Origin: Truepera sp.
GTDB taxonomy: Bacteria; Deinococcota; Deinococci; Deinococcales; Trueperaceae
Length of the DNA stretch: 64,000 bases
Reading direction: 5' to 3'
Assembly: GCA_965218435.1 (NCBI GenBank)
Contig: CBDCKW010000009.1
Location: 1,088,001-1,152,000, forward strand
This document shows, in pieces, positions 20,820 through 31,537 of this stretch; within the stretch, counting starts at the first letter, position 1; every line of letters starts with the position of its first letter. Under the pieces are notes generated by a model, which worked only from the letters and a program-made list of their open reading frames with translations, ran no database searches and was not told the DNA's origin. Made by a program: the position numbers and the translations under genes.

Positions 20820-21224
20820 CTAGAGTGCGAAAAGCCCTTCAAAGACCCTGACGTCTTCTTCAAACGTCGGCTGCAGCTGTCTCAGCTCTGCCAATGTAAC
20901 CCACGCAATCGCTTCTACTTCGTGACTGTGACTGCCTGTCCCGGCTTCGCCTACAATGATTTCAGTTGTCCAAAAGTGCAACACGAATTGTCCGTCATGT
21001 GAGAGGATTTCAGCGACTTTCTTGACTGCAGTGACCTCGAGGCCGACTTCTTCCATGACTTCACGCTTCAGCGCGTCCTCTTGCGTCTCGCCTTTTTCTA
21101 TGCGTCCGCTGACCGGACACCAGTACCCGCTCGCCGCTTCGGTGTAATTGGAGCGTTTGACGAACAAAAAAGCGTCGGACTTCTGAAGAATCGCAACGAC
21201 TGCGTGGATACGGTCAGCTGACAT
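20820..21224 (-). CDS. NUDIX hydrolase
   Basis: GRIEKGETQEDALKREVMEEVGL Nudix box. Confidence 0.9.
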   Translation of the reverse strand: MSADRIHAVVAILQKSDAFLFVKRSNYTEAASGYWCPVSGRIEKGETQEDALKREVMEEVGLEVTAVKKVAEILSHDGQFVLHFWTTEIIVGEAGTGSHSHEVEAIAWVTLAELRQLQPTFEEDVRVFEGLFAL

Positions 21225-21272
21225 GTTCAGTTAGATTATAGTAAAGAAGTCCATTTTGGCGTGTCTGGAGGC

Positions 21273-22913
21273 TTAATTTGAGGGGACACCCGCTCGAGCC
21301 TCTTCCAAGAGTTCTCGGGCGTGGGCGAGCGCAGTTTTGGTCTTCGCGCCCGAGAGCATCCGGGCGAGTTCGGCCACGCGGTTTGCTCCCCCTAACCTCG
21401 TGACACGCGTGACGGTGCGACCTGCCTGCTCGAGTTTTTCAACCTTAAAGTGCGCGTCGGCAAAGGCGGCGACTTGCGGCAGGTGCGTGACGACCAAAAC
21501 TTGGTGGTGTTCGGCCAAACGCTTTAAGAGGTGCCCGACGGTGCGGGCCGTCTCGCCGCCCAAACCCGCGTCTACTTCGTCGAAGACAAGGGTCGGCTGT
21601 TGTGAACCGGTGACGACATTTAAGGCGAGCATCACCCTTGACAATTCACCGCCTGAAGCAACAGCCGAGAGTGGCGCAGGCGGTTCGCCTAAGTTCGCGC
21701 TTAAAAAGAAGGTCACCTTGTCGCGGCCCGTCGCGGTGGGTTCAGGCAGCGCGTCTAACTCGGCGCTGAACTGGGCATGGGTCAGTCCGAGCGGGCGCAG
21801 CTCACGGGTTACGTCTTCAGCTAGTTTTTTGGCAGCTTTGCGGCGAGCTTGGGTGAGCGTGCCGGTCAGTTTAGTAAGTTCTGTATTCAGCGCTGTTTGC
21901 TCGGCTTGGAGCCGCTCTAAATCGAACTCAGCGTTGTGGAGCCGGGTCATCTCAGCTTCAGCGGTGGCGTAAAACTCTAAAACTTCGGTAATAGAGCCCC
22001 CGTATTTGAGCTTGAGCGTCTCCAACTGGCTGAGGCGGCGCTCGAGCCGCTCGAGCGTCGCCGGGTCACCACTAAAGTCAGCTAAGAAACTCTCGACTTC
22101 GGCGCTCGTCGCCTGAACACTTTCTAACGCGCCGCGTAACTCGGCGGCGAGCGCCGCCGGAACCTCGTGATAGCGTCCGGCACTCTCTAAACTGCTTACA
22201 GCCTCAGCCAAAAGTGCCAACGCGTTGGGCTCACCTTCGCTCAGGCGCTCCAAGGCTCCGGCACTGCCTTGCAAAATACGTTCGGCGTGGCGGTGGCTCT
22301 CGAGTTCAGCGCGGAGCGTCTCCTCCTCGCCGGGAACGAGGTTGGCCGCTGCGATTTCTGAAACCTGAAACTGCAACACGTCGAGCTGCCGCGCCCGCTC
22401 GCGGAGTGCGCTCTGCAAGTCGCTCAGTTCTTTGGTTACCTGCGTCAACCGGCGGTAGCGTTCACCGACCGTGTGGAGCGTGTCCTGCGCGTGAACGTCC
22501 AACTGGTTGTCCAAAAGCCGCCGCTGCTCGCCCGCGGACAGTAGCGTCTGCGAGGCGTGCTGACCGTGAATGGCGAGCTGCGCCGCACCTTTGTCTGAGA
22601 GTTCGGCAAGCGTTACGACTTCACCGTTTAAGCGGGCACTGCTCCGGCCCGACGCCTGCACGCGGCGTGTCAGGGCCTCGGCGTTATCTTCAGCTTCTCC
22701 TGGAGTGCCGAAAAATCCCTGGATGAGTGCGCTGCTTGCGCCCGCCCGAACTGCCCGCGACTCGGCGCGGCCTCCGAGTAATAGGGTCAGCGCGTCAACC
22801 AAGATAGACTTGCCCGCGCCGGTCTCGCCGGTCAAGACGTTTAAGCCGGGGGCGAAGGTGACGCGCAGGGCGTCTACGATGGCAAAGTCAGCTAGCTCGA
22901 GCGCAAGTAGCAC
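21273..22913 (-). CDS. recN: DNA repair protein RecN
   Basis: GETGAGKS, ASGGELSR, VFDEVDAG, THLPQVA. Confidence 0.96.
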   Translation of the reverse strand: MLLALELADFAIVDALRVTFAPGLNVLTGETGAGKSILVDALTLLLGGRAESRAVRAGASSALIQGFFGTPGEAEDNAEALTRRVQASGRSSARLNGEVVTLAELSDKGAAQLAIHGQHASQTLLSAGEQRRLLDNQLDVHAQDTLHTVGERYRRLTQVTKELSDLQSALRERARQLDVLQFQVSEIAAANLVPGEEETLRAELESHRHAERILQGSAGALERLSEGEPNALALLAEAVSSLESAGRYHEVPAALAAELRGALESVQATSAEVESFLADFSGDPATLERLERRLSQLETLKLKYGGSITEVLEFYATAEAEMTRLHNAEFDLERLQAEQTALNTELTKLTGTLTQARRKAAKKLAEDVTRELRPLGLTHAQFSAELDALPEPTATGRDKVTFFLSANLGEPPAPLSAVASGGELSRVMLALNVVTGSQQPTLVFDEVDAGLGGETARTVGHLLKRLAEHHQVLVVTHLPQVAAFADAHFKVEKLEQAGRTVTRVTRLGGANRVAELARMLSGAKTKTALAHARELLEEARAGVPSN

Positions 22914-22932
22914 GCGTATAGTTTAGCAAGTT

Positions 22933-22959
22933 GTGCCCTGAACGTTGGCGTCAGGGCAC
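22933..22959. terminator. Inverted-repeat hairpin (possible terminator)
   Basis: GTGCCCTGA-N9-TCAGGGCAC between the fasciclin gene and recN; no clear U-tract. Confidence 0.45.
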
Positions 22960-22998
22960 GCCAATTGCTCTATAAATATAGACGCTTGCTATATCGGT

Positions 22999-23520
22999 TT
23001 AAGGCTCTATCACGCTTAAGAGATTGTAGAAAGCACCGTCATCTTGTTTCTTCGTATCTTTGAGTATGGGGCCATCTATCAGCGCATCGTTGACGTAAAA
23101 ATCATCTCCTCGTCTGCTAATGGCTAAGGTATCGCCGTTGAGATTTTTGAAACTCAGGTTGTCAGTTTCAAACAGCGTTTTAGGATAGTAGTTGCCTGGT
23201 GCAATGTAGGTGCGAATAAACTCGGGTAACTCACTACTTTCCATAAACGCTTCTTCGGTAATGCCTCGAGCTTTGAAGTACGTTTCAAACGCCGTGTTGG
23301 TTGGGACGAACGCTGTATAGGGACCATCTGCTTCTATAAGAAGCTTTCGTACATCGGCAAGGCTGTCTTGCCTAAGAGCAGTAGAAAATGTTCCTGCGCC
23401 TTCGTCTTCGGGTACGCTGTCAGTCAATATCATAGCGAGAGACGGAGCCCGGTCAACGACAAGCGTCGAGCCACAAGCGGTTAGCATCAAGATGAGTGCA
23501 AGAGTGAGGTAATATTTCAT
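22999..23520 (-). CDS. Fasciclin (FAS1) domain lipoprotein
   Basis: LTAC lipobox; GPYTAFVPTNTAF FAS1 H1 motif. Confidence 0.85.
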   Translation of the reverse strand: MKYYLTLALILMLTACGSTLVVDRAPSLAMILTDSVPEDEGAGTFSTALRQDSLADVRKLLIEADGPYTAFVPTNTAFETYFKARGITEEAFMESSELPEFIRTYIAPGNYYPKTLFETDNLSFKNLNGDTLAISRRGDDFYVNDALIDGPILKDTKKQDDGAFYNLLSVIEP

Positions 23521-23537
23521 GTGAAATCTCTCCTAAC

Positions 23538-25732
23538 CTAGTATCTGATAAACATATCTACACTACCGCTATCGCTACGGTCTGCGACATGGACGTACCA
23601 CTGATAGCTACCCGGTGCTAGATTGCCTGAAGCGAGCTGATAGTACCCGTCCTTCGGAATAATCTTGTATTGAAGATTTTGATACGTGCCGTCAGCTTTT
23701 CGCTTGTTCAAGCCTGCTGCGATAGGCACCTGATTTCCTTGAACAGCCATAAACCTTTGACCTGACGAGCTCAAAGTAAACTCGTAACTTCCCCCCTTGG
23801 TGGGTGTGAGGTTGAATCCACGCCATGTGCAGTTCGGTAATCCGACGCTATTTACACAAGGCGACTGATCACGGTAATAACCGAAAATGCTTGAGGCGTC
23901 TCTACTAGTAAGTCTTTCGCTTTCCCCCATACGGTTTTTGTCAATACCGGAACCCGCTCTAGGTAAAATCGTACATGCTGAGTCAATATTGTTGAATAGG
24001 CAGTCACGTTGGGCCTGTTCGGTCTTACCAAGTGCCCATTTTGGATAGTAGACCTCCGGCGAAAGTCACACAATGGCTTGTAGATCATGGTTGTAGAGAG
24101 CAGCAATGAGATTAAGCCGAAGTCCAAAGCGCCTGCGCCGATGACGATAGGTTTCTTTGAGGATACGCCAGACCTTAAGCTTACGAATGACGTGTTCAGC
24201 GAGGATGCGTTCTTTAGCTAGGATGCGGTTATGTAGCTGTTGCTCTGGGGTAAGTACGTTACCCTTCCAACGTTTATGCGGGGTACGGCTTTTGGGATGA
24301 AGCTTAGCCACGCCCTGAAAGCCGCTATCAGAAAGAAGTTCGGTGTTTGGCGCGAGCACCGTAGCGCAGCGGCTTTGTGTCAATAACTTGAAGTCGTGTG
24401 CTCGGCCTTTGCCATAAGCCGTACATAGGATGCGCTGACTGTTTTGTGCAACAAATACTTGGCTCTTTTGCGTGTGTCGTTTCTTCTTACCCGAGTAGTA
24501 ACGCCGCTACCCTGCCGCTGCGCTTGGGGCACTTTGTTTTTTTGGGACGTTCAACCGGCGACTCGGCAATATCCACTACCACAACTTCTAGCGTCTGGTC
24601 GTCACGCAACGCTTTGCGTCCCGGCAGTGTGAACTTACCCGAGCTGATGAGGGCGTCTTCGACGCGTTCTATGGTGCGCCGCACGGTGCTCTCGTCTACG
24701 CCCCAATCTTCTGACAAGTGAAAGTGGGTTCGGTATTCTCGTAAAAACGATAGGGTCAGTACAAGTTGGTCTTCAAGACACAGCGCGGGAGTTCGTCCGC
24801 GTTTCTTCTTCCGCCCCTCTCTCGCTTTAAGTAACTCCAGCATCGTTCTGAAAGTGGTGGGCTTGACCCCAAGTTTGCGTTTGAACTTCTCAGGTGACAA
24901 CTTTAGACTCCGTGCTGTTTGTTCGCGCATCTTTACATGTTGTCATCTTCGAGCTACTTTCGCCGGAGGTCTAGTGCATAATGGAGTAAGGATCATAAGT
25001 TGAAAGTTGTGCGCCGGTAGAGCAATTCTTGTTTAATTGACCTTTTGGGTCATATGCACGCCCGCCATAGACATTTATGAAGTTGTCCCGGTCGCACCGA
25101 GAGTGTTCGTGATTCAAAGCAACCGCGTGTCCGATCTCGTGGATCGTATTTGCTAAGTCACATCTTGTACCGAGATAGGTATTAACAGTTCCTCCAGAGT
25201 ACCCTACATAAGATGAGCAGTCGGTCTCTTCTGCAGCTCTCTGGAAGACAATACGTGCCCCACAACTGCGCGGATAGAAGCGTAGCATCGTTGCATCTTG
25301 CCAATGCTCAATAGCTGTATTGAGGTTTGCACGCTGTGAAACAGTCAAATTAGTTTCATACGCGTAATAAACTTGACCATGAGGCCAAAACTTATAGTTA
25401 CCTAAAATATCGGTAGCTCCAAACGCTTGGGATGAGAGCGAGCCGTCATTGGCCTTTTCAATTTTAGCTTCTACCTCTTCAACTGGTCCGAGAATCATAT
25501 CACCGCCGATAACTGCTAAACCGTCCACAACTCGGTAAGTGAACGTTTCACCATCTATCTCAGCTGACCTAATCTCCCCTGGTTTGTTGGGAGCATATTC
25601 GCCAATGAATGGTTCTGGGTTTTCGATACTGTTGATTACTAGAGGTGCGTCTGCAGTCTTGCTACAGGCAACTAACGTTAGTATAAACGCGAGACATAAC
25701 AACTTACTTAGCGAGGGGGGTAGATTGCGTAT
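23538..25732 (-). pseudogene. Astacin/M12A zinc metalloprotease lipoprotein split by an IS
   Basis: LVAC lipobox, HEIGHAVALNHEH, SIMH Met-turn; IS removal gives SIMHYYPKW...MGESERL, in frame to 23538. Confidence 0.88.
24051..24971 (-). mobile_element. IS5-family (ISL2/IS702-like) insertion sequence with a two-ORF, -1 frameshift transposase
   Basis: Perfect 16-bp IR GACCTCCGGCGAAAGT, TA duplication at 24049-50 and 24972-73; orfA 24930-24487, orfB with DSGFQG and AEHVIRKLK. Confidence 0.93.
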
Positions 25733-25927
25733 TTGTCTCCTATACTCTTACTCTCTGGTACAAAATCGCTTACAACAACTGGTTGACCTTCACGTAATGA
25801 ATATAGGTGACTTAGCCCAGATTGTAACTCCTAGAAGGTAAGATAGCGGGAGTATAGGGTTTCTCATTCCCCCTTAATATAAGACTCAGGTTAAGGTTTC
25901 TTAATTCAACAATGTCGTTTAGGCTGT

Positions 25928-26821
25928 TTAGGCCAGCTCGAGCGTGTACGCCACCACGCCGTGTGAGAGCCTGAAGCCGACGGCCTCGAGCGCAAACGAC
26001 GCTGAGCGTTCATCGTCGTGCGCCCGCGCCAAGACCAGCTCGATCTGCTCGTCTTGGAGTGCTTCGGCCAGACCCCGTAAAAGGAGGTCGCGGCCCAACT
26101 TGCGGCCACGTGCGGCGGGCAGCACCCCGAAGTAGGCGATTTCAGCGTAACCTTCGTCGGGGAGTTTCTCGAGTTCCAAATGCCCGACCGGAACCCCGCC
26201 CTCGTAAACAACCGTCAGACTTACCTGCGGGTCGTTAAAACGTTCTAACAGGTCTTCATCAGACCACGCGAGCCGTGTGGCCCAGTTGTCGCTCGTGTCG
26301 CGGTAAAGGTCGCGGTAGAGCCCCACATCAATCTTTTGGTTTGTCTCAAACCTGAATAGGCTTGGGCTGACGGGGCGAAGCGGCGTCTCGCGCCGAAACT
26401 CGTAGATATAGGTCGTGCGAAACGGCTCGAAGGTGCCTTCAGCGAGGGCGTCTTGGGCGCGCCGATTCTCCTGGTCTACAAACGCCTCGAGGTAGCTGTA
26501 CCCGTGTACTCTGGCCTCGGCGACAAGCCGCTCTAAGAGCGGCTTGGTATCTACATTGACCTCGGGGTGCAGCAGCGGTCCTTCTAAAAAGACTTCGCCT
26601 TCGTAGTTGCAGAGCGCGGCGTAAGCGGCGAGCAGGCCACCCTCCTCGAGCACCAAAGGCACCATCTCGGTATAGGGGCTCAGCTCCCCGAGTTCTAAGG
26701 CCAACTCTTCAACGCTGCGGCTTTCCGGCGTCATACTGCGCTGCGACGCCCGCTCGTCTTGAGCTTTAAGCAGCTCTAACAGCCCCGGTAAGTCGCGGTT
26801 TTCAAACGGACGGACAGTCAT
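25928..26821 (-). CDS. Tandem GNAT acetyltransferase
   Basis: FGVLPAARGRKLG acetyl-CoA motif; two-domain length. Confidence 0.8.
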   Translation of the reverse strand: MTVRPFENRDLPGLLELLKAQDERASQRSMTPESRSVEELALELGELSPYTEMVPLVLEEGGLLAAYAALCNYEGEVFLEGPLLHPEVNVDTKPLLERLVAEARVHGYSYLEAFVDQENRRAQDALAEGTFEPFRTTYIYEFRRETPLRPVSPSLFRFETNQKIDVGLYRDLYRDTSDNWATRLAWSDEDLLERFNDPQVSLTVVYEGGVPVGHLELEKLPDEGYAEIAYFGVLPAARGRKLGRDLLLRGLAEALQDEQIELVLARAHDDERSASFALEAVGFRLSHGVVAYTLELA

Positions 26822-27280
26822 GGTTTATGCTACTGCAAAACTGCCTAAGCTCTGCTGTCCCTGTTCGCCCCTACGCCCGCCTAAGCCGTTCCACCTTAAG
26901 CCGTCCCACCTGTAGACCAACTGCTCGAGCAGGTCAGTCCGACAATAGTTTCGACAAACCTTTAGAGATTTTGAAAGTAGATGATCTGAAACACCGTATA
27001 AAACTCCCAAAAACCGGCTAAATTTTAGTTGTCGGTCGTGCCGGGGTCTGAACCGCTTCAGTCGAAAACGAGTCAGCGGCGGGTGTTGCCGACGCCGCGC
27101 TTAAATTTGGATAACGAGTTTCGCTTGTTGGAGCCCAAAACGGCAACGGCTCGCTCGGCTTGTATCAAGCTGCAACGTGTTGACACCTCCGCTGCAAACC
27201 ACAGCTACTATCTAGTGTCCGAGTAAAGTTTCACCGATTAATGTCTGAACAAAGGTTTATTAACTCATAGGAGGATAACT

Positions 27281-28252
27281 ATGCCGAGGTTTGTATTTGC
27301 TTGTATGTTGGTTTTTGGCTCGCTCGGGTCAGCGCAGACGCTTCGGGCGTCACACCAGTGGCCGCAGGGTGATTTGCGTGACGAAATGGTTCAGCTCATC
27401 AAAACCGAGGTCGAAGCGGCGGACGTCGGGCTTGATATCCGCGTGTTCCCGGGTAGCTCGCTTTTCGGTGCGGACGAGCAGTGGGACGCCGTAACGCAGG
27501 GCCAGTTCGACATTACCGCGTTGCCGCTCGATTACGCCAGCGGTGACCACCCAGAATTTAGCGCGACGCTGATGCCGGGTCTGGTTAAAAGCTACGCGCA
27601 CGCGCAGCGGATTGACAAGTCGGAGTTTATGAACCGGATCAAAGCGATCATTAACGATGCGGGCGCAGTGGTGCTCGCCGATACCTGGCTCGCAGGCGGG
27701 TTTACCTCGAGCAAAAACTGCATCTTGGTACCTGAAGACATCAAAGGGCAAAACTACCGCGCCGCTGGACCCTACTTTGAGAAGATGCTCGCAGGTGCGG
27801 GCGCGTCCATCGTTTCGATGCCGTCATCTGAAGCGTACACCGGGTTACAGACCAAAGTCATTGACGGCTTAAACACTTCCGACGCGTCGTTTCTCTCGTA
27901 CCGCATTTACGAACAGGTCAAGTGCTTGACGCCTTCAGGTGACAACGCCTTGTGGTTTATGTACGAACCCATCTTGATGAGTAGCCGCACCTTCGACCGG
28001 CTTTCGCCGGAGCAGCAAAACGCGCTGATGGCGGCGGGCAAAAAGGCCAGCGAGTACGCGTACAGCGCCTCGGCCGACCTCGAGCAGACTTTAATCAACA
28101 CCTTCAAAGAAAACGGGGTCGAGATTGCCGACATGGACCGCGAGCAGTGGCAACAGTGGATTGACCTCGCGCAAAAAACGGCCTACGCTGACTTTATGAG
28201 TGAGGTTCCGGACGGCAAAGAATTGATCGAGTTGGCCCGTCAGGTCGAGTAA
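27281..28252 (+). CDS. dctP: TRAP transporter substrate-binding protein (DctP family)
   Basis: Signal peptide, ASHQWP, SEAYTGLQTKVIDG. Confidence 0.9.
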   Translation: MPRFVFACMLVFGSLGSAQTLRASHQWPQGDLRDEMVQLIKTEVEAADVGLDIRVFPGSSLFGADEQWDAVTQGQFDITALPLDYASGDHPEFSATLMPGLVKSYAHAQRIDKSEFMNRIKAIINDAGAVVLADTWLAGGFTSSKNCILVPEDIKGQNYRAAGPYFEKMLAGAGASIVSMPSSEAYTGLQTKVIDGLNTSDASFLSYRIYEQVKCLTPSGDNALWFMYEPILMSSRTFDRLSPEQQNALMAAGKKASEYAYSASADLEQTLINTFKENGVEIADMDREQWQQWIDLAQKTAYADFMSEVPDGKELIELARQVE

Positions 28253-28818
28253 TGCCCAAGGCTGCCAGATACCCTAAGCCTGCCAGATACTATGTAGGTT
28301 TCGTCGGGGGTCTGTCAAAGACCCTCGGCGCGTTTGCGGTGGTGATGATCTGCGCCGCTATTTTGCTGATTATTCAGGTTATCTTGTACCGCTACGCGCT
28401 GGGCCGTTCGACGAGCTGGCAAACCGACGTTATTATCTTTTTAGTCGTCGCTGCGACCTTTATCGGGAGTTCTTACGTGTTGCAGCGGCGGGGGCATATC
28501 AACGTAGATTTAGTGGCAACCTTGCTTAATGACCGGGGTAAGTGGTGGCTCGAGCTGCTCGGCGGCGTGTTGTCGCTCGTTTTTTGTGTGCTGATGGCCT
28601 ATTACAGTGCGCTATGGTGGTATGACGCTCTGGAGCGCGGCCGCACCACCGCGACCATGATCCGGATTCCGCTGTGGCTGCCTTACTTGTCGCTGCCCGT
28701 CGGGATGGCCGGATTGTCATTACAATACGTGGCGAATTTGCTCGAGCACCTCTATACCGGCCGTGAAATCGAGTACGAAGAACCTGCGGTCGTTACGGCT
28801 GTAAAGCGGACCAACTGA
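28252..28818 (+). CDS. dctQ: TRAP transporter small permease
   Basis: About 4 TM segments, GHINVDL. Confidence 0.9.
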   Translation: MPKAARYPKPARYYVGFVGGLSKTLGAFAVVMICAAILLIIQVILYRYALGRSTSWQTDVIIFLVVAATFIGSSYVLQRRGHINVDLVATLLNDRGKWWLELLGGVLSLVFCVLMAYYSALWWYDALERGRTTATMIRIPLWLPYLSLPVGMAGLSLQYVANLLEHLYTGREIEYEEPAVVTAVKRTN

Positions 28819-30113
28819 TGGAAACTGCGGTCACCCTACTCATCACCTTTGCCCTGATCGGCACCTCGATGCCGATCGCTTTTGCGCTCGGTCTCAGCGC
28901 ACTTTTAGCACTGCTGCTCTTCGACGGCTTTTTCTCGTTACAGTTCTTGCCGAATATCCTCTTCGGCGGCCTGACCGACTTCGGCCTGATCGCCATCCCG
29001 ATGTTTATCGTGATGGGCACCGTAATCGCCTCGACCAAAGCGAGCAGCGACCTTTACGAATCGCTCCATCAGTGGCTCTACCGCGTTCCCGGTGGGCTCC
29101 TCATCTCAACTATTTTTGCTTCGATGATCTTTGCGGCTCTCTCGGGTTCGTCCCCGGCAACGAGCGCCGCCGTCGGCAAGATTGCCATTCCTGAAACCAA
29201 AAAACGTGGGTATCCCGCGCCGCTTTCAGCGGGAACCGTCGCCGCCGGGGGTACTTTGGGTATCTTGATTCCGCCCTCGGTGACGATGATTGTGTACGGC
29301 GTCGCCGCCGAAACGTCAATCGGCCGCCTGTTTATCGCTGGAATTATCCCCGGTCTGATGATGGTCGCGCTCTTTTCGTTATGGATTGTCGTCCGGATAC
29401 GCTGGCTCGGTATCGGCAAAGACATCAAAGCTGAGCGGGTTCCGCTCCGCGAACGTTTGCGCTTTTTGCCGCGCGTGCTGCCCTTTATGTCAATTATCGT
29501 GCTGATCTTGTGGGCGCTTTACGGCGGCGTTGCGACCCCTTCAGAGGCGGCGGGGGTCGCGGCGTTCGCTGCGTTTATCTTTGCAGTAGTACTCTACCGC
29601 ATCTGGCAACCTGCGGCTATCAGCCGGATTTTGACCGAAGGGGTCCGTGAATCGGTCATGCTGATGCTAATTATCGGAACGTCGGCGTTATTTGCCTATG
29701 CGCTTTCGTCTCTGTACATCACCCAATCGGCGGCCGAGGCGATTATTGCGATGAACCTGAGCCCGGTCATGCTGATGATTTTAATCAACATCTTTTTGCT
29801 GATCGCCGGATTTTTCTTGCCGCCCGTTTCGGTTATCGTGATGGCGATTCCCATCTTGCTGCCGATTATTGACGCCGCCGGGTTTAACCGTATCTGGTTC
29901 GGTGTGTTGATGACGCTCAATATGGAGATCGGGCTGATTACGCCGCCGGTCGGCCTCAACCTGTACGTCTTAAAAGGGATTGCGCCCGACCTCTCGTTCG
30001 GCGCGATCGTCCGGGGGTCGTATCCGTTCATGCTGCTACTGATTTTGGGAATGGCGCTGCTCTACTTGTTTCCAAGCTTGGCGACTTGGCTACCCACTAC
30101 GCTGATGGGCTGA
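28818..30113 (+). CDS. dctM: TRAP transporter large permease
   Basis: SGSSPAT, GILIPPS, ITPPVGLNL. Confidence 0.93.
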   Translation: METAVTLLITFALIGTSMPIAFALGLSALLALLLFDGFFSLQFLPNILFGGLTDFGLIAIPMFIVMGTVIASTKASSDLYESLHQWLYRVPGGLLISTIFASMIFAALSGSSPATSAAVGKIAIPETKKRGYPAPLSAGTVAAGGTLGILIPPSVTMIVYGVAAETSIGRLFIAGIIPGLMMVALFSLWIVVRIRWLGIGKDIKAERVPLRERLRFLPRVLPFMSIIVLILWALYGGVATPSEAAGVAAFAAFIFAVVLYRIWQPAAISRILTEGVRESVMLMLIIGTSALFAYALSSLYITQSAAEAIIAMNLSPVMLMILINIFLLIAGFFLPPVSVIVMAIPILLPIIDAAGFNRIWFGVLMTLNMEIGLITPPVGLNLYVLKGIAPDLSFGAIVRGSYPFMLLLILGMALLYLFPSLATWLPTTLMG

Positions 30114-30114
30114 G

Positions 30115-31461
30115 ATGAAGGTGGATTTCAGCACCTTTGGGCGTATTGCGCGGGACGTTCTGGGCTCGAGCCGCGACTACCTGACGCGGTTTAGAGACAG
30201 TTCGGGCGAGGCTGAAGATGAATTGACGGCGCTTCTCTCCACCCGCGGCGAGGTGGCGGGTATCGTCCTCGCGCAGGACATCTTGCAACGGTATCAAGCT
30301 CTGGACGACGCCGAAAAAAAACGCTTTTTACACCACTTAGCTGAAGATTTTGCGGCGGACGCCGCTGAGATTATCAGCGCGTCGCAGCGTTACCTGAAAG
30401 AACCTTCGGCGCGGCACTACGAAACGCTGATGAAAACGAGCGAACCGCCTCGCCAAGAGGTGTTGCGGCGGCTTAATACTGCGCCGGGCGGGACGCTGGC
30501 ATTGGTGCGGATGCGTGAAGACCTGCTCCGTTACCTGCGTGAAGCGAAGAGCGAGACCTTGGCGGCGCTCGATCTCGACTTTAATCACCTCTTCTCGAGC
30601 TGGTTTAATCGCGGCTTTTTGGGTGTCGAACGCATTGATTGGAATAGTCCAGCCGAGCTCTTAGAACGCATCATCCGCTACGAAGCCGTTCACGACATCG
30701 CCGACTGGGAAGATTTGCGGGGCCGGGTCAACGCGCCCGACCGTGCCTGCTATGCTTTTTTTCACCCGGTTTTAGGGGAAGAGCCGCTGATCTTCGTCGA
30801 GGTGGCCCTGACCAAAACCGTACCGAACAGTGTCCAGGCGCTCCTCGCCACTGACCGTGATATCATCCGGCCGCACGAGGCGAAAACGGCGGTGTTTTAC
30901 TCGATTTCAAACTGTCAGCCCGGTCTTAAAGGCATCTCGTTTGGCGCATTTTTGATCAAACAAGTTCTTCAAGAGCTGAGCCAAACCTATCCGAACCTAA
31001 CGACTTGGGTGACGCTCTCGCCGGTACCCGGGTTTACGCGCTGGCTGGCGAAGGGTGACGCTGGTGACGCCGACGAGGGCGCTGAAGCAGATGCGGCAGC
31101 GAAAGTGACTGAGTTGCAGGGAGATTTAGAAGGTGTTTTGGCAACTCCGTTGAGAGAACGCAGCGAGCAGCTAGCGCCTTATGACCGTGACCTCGAGACC
31201 TTGGCGCTTCGCTACTTTACCCAGGCCAAACGCGCTTCGGGTGTCCCGGCGGTTGACCCGGTGGCCCGCTTTCACCTAAATAATGGAGCCAGGCTGCTCC
31301 ATATCCATCCTCGAGCCGACCTCTCAGCCAAAGGGCTTAAAGAAAGCCTCGGCCTGATGGTCAACTATCAGTACGAACCCAAAAAGATGCTCGAGCACCA
31401 CGAAGCTTACGCGACCAAACAGCAGGTCGTGCTGGCAAGGGAGCTGGCCAAACGGCTTTAG
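30115..31461 (+). CDS. Malonyl-CoA decarboxylase (MatA-like)
   Basis: WFNRGFL, YEAVH, EPLIFVEVAL, FYSISNCQPGL, DPVARFHLNNGA. Confidence 0.92.
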   Translation: MKVDFSTFGRIARDVLGSSRDYLTRFRDSSGEAEDELTALLSTRGEVAGIVLAQDILQRYQALDDAEKKRFLHHLAEDFAADAAEIISASQRYLKEPSARHYETLMKTSEPPRQEVLRRLNTAPGGTLALVRMREDLLRYLREAKSETLAALDLDFNHLFSSWFNRGFLGVERIDWNSPAELLERIIRYEAVHDIADWEDLRGRVNAPDRACYAFFHPVLGEEPLIFVEVALTKTVPNSVQALLATDRDIIRPHEAKTAVFYSISNCQPGLKGISFGAFLIKQVLQELSQTYPNLTTWVTLSPVPGFTRWLAKGDAGDADEGAEADAAAKVTELQGDLEGVLATPLRERSEQLAPYDRDLETLALRYFTQAKRASGVPAVDPVARFHLNNGARLLHIHPRADLSAKGLKESLGLMVNYQYEPKKMLEHHEAYATKQQVVLARELAKRL

Positions 31462-31537
31462 CAGCGTTTAGGACGGCTGAACCCGTCTCTCGCTAAGCGT
31501 ACAGTCACCACTACAATTCCAAACGGTAGGTACCGCT

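Noticed and set aside
22914..22998. RDRM (DdrO) box upstream of recN; also looked for upstream of udg and the helicase
   Set aside because: No convincing 17-bp palindrome matching the consensus found by eye.
26882..26910. TAAGCCGTYCCACC two-copy repeat (also degenerate 7-mers near 61595-61622)
   Set aside because: Short local duplications with no supporting context.
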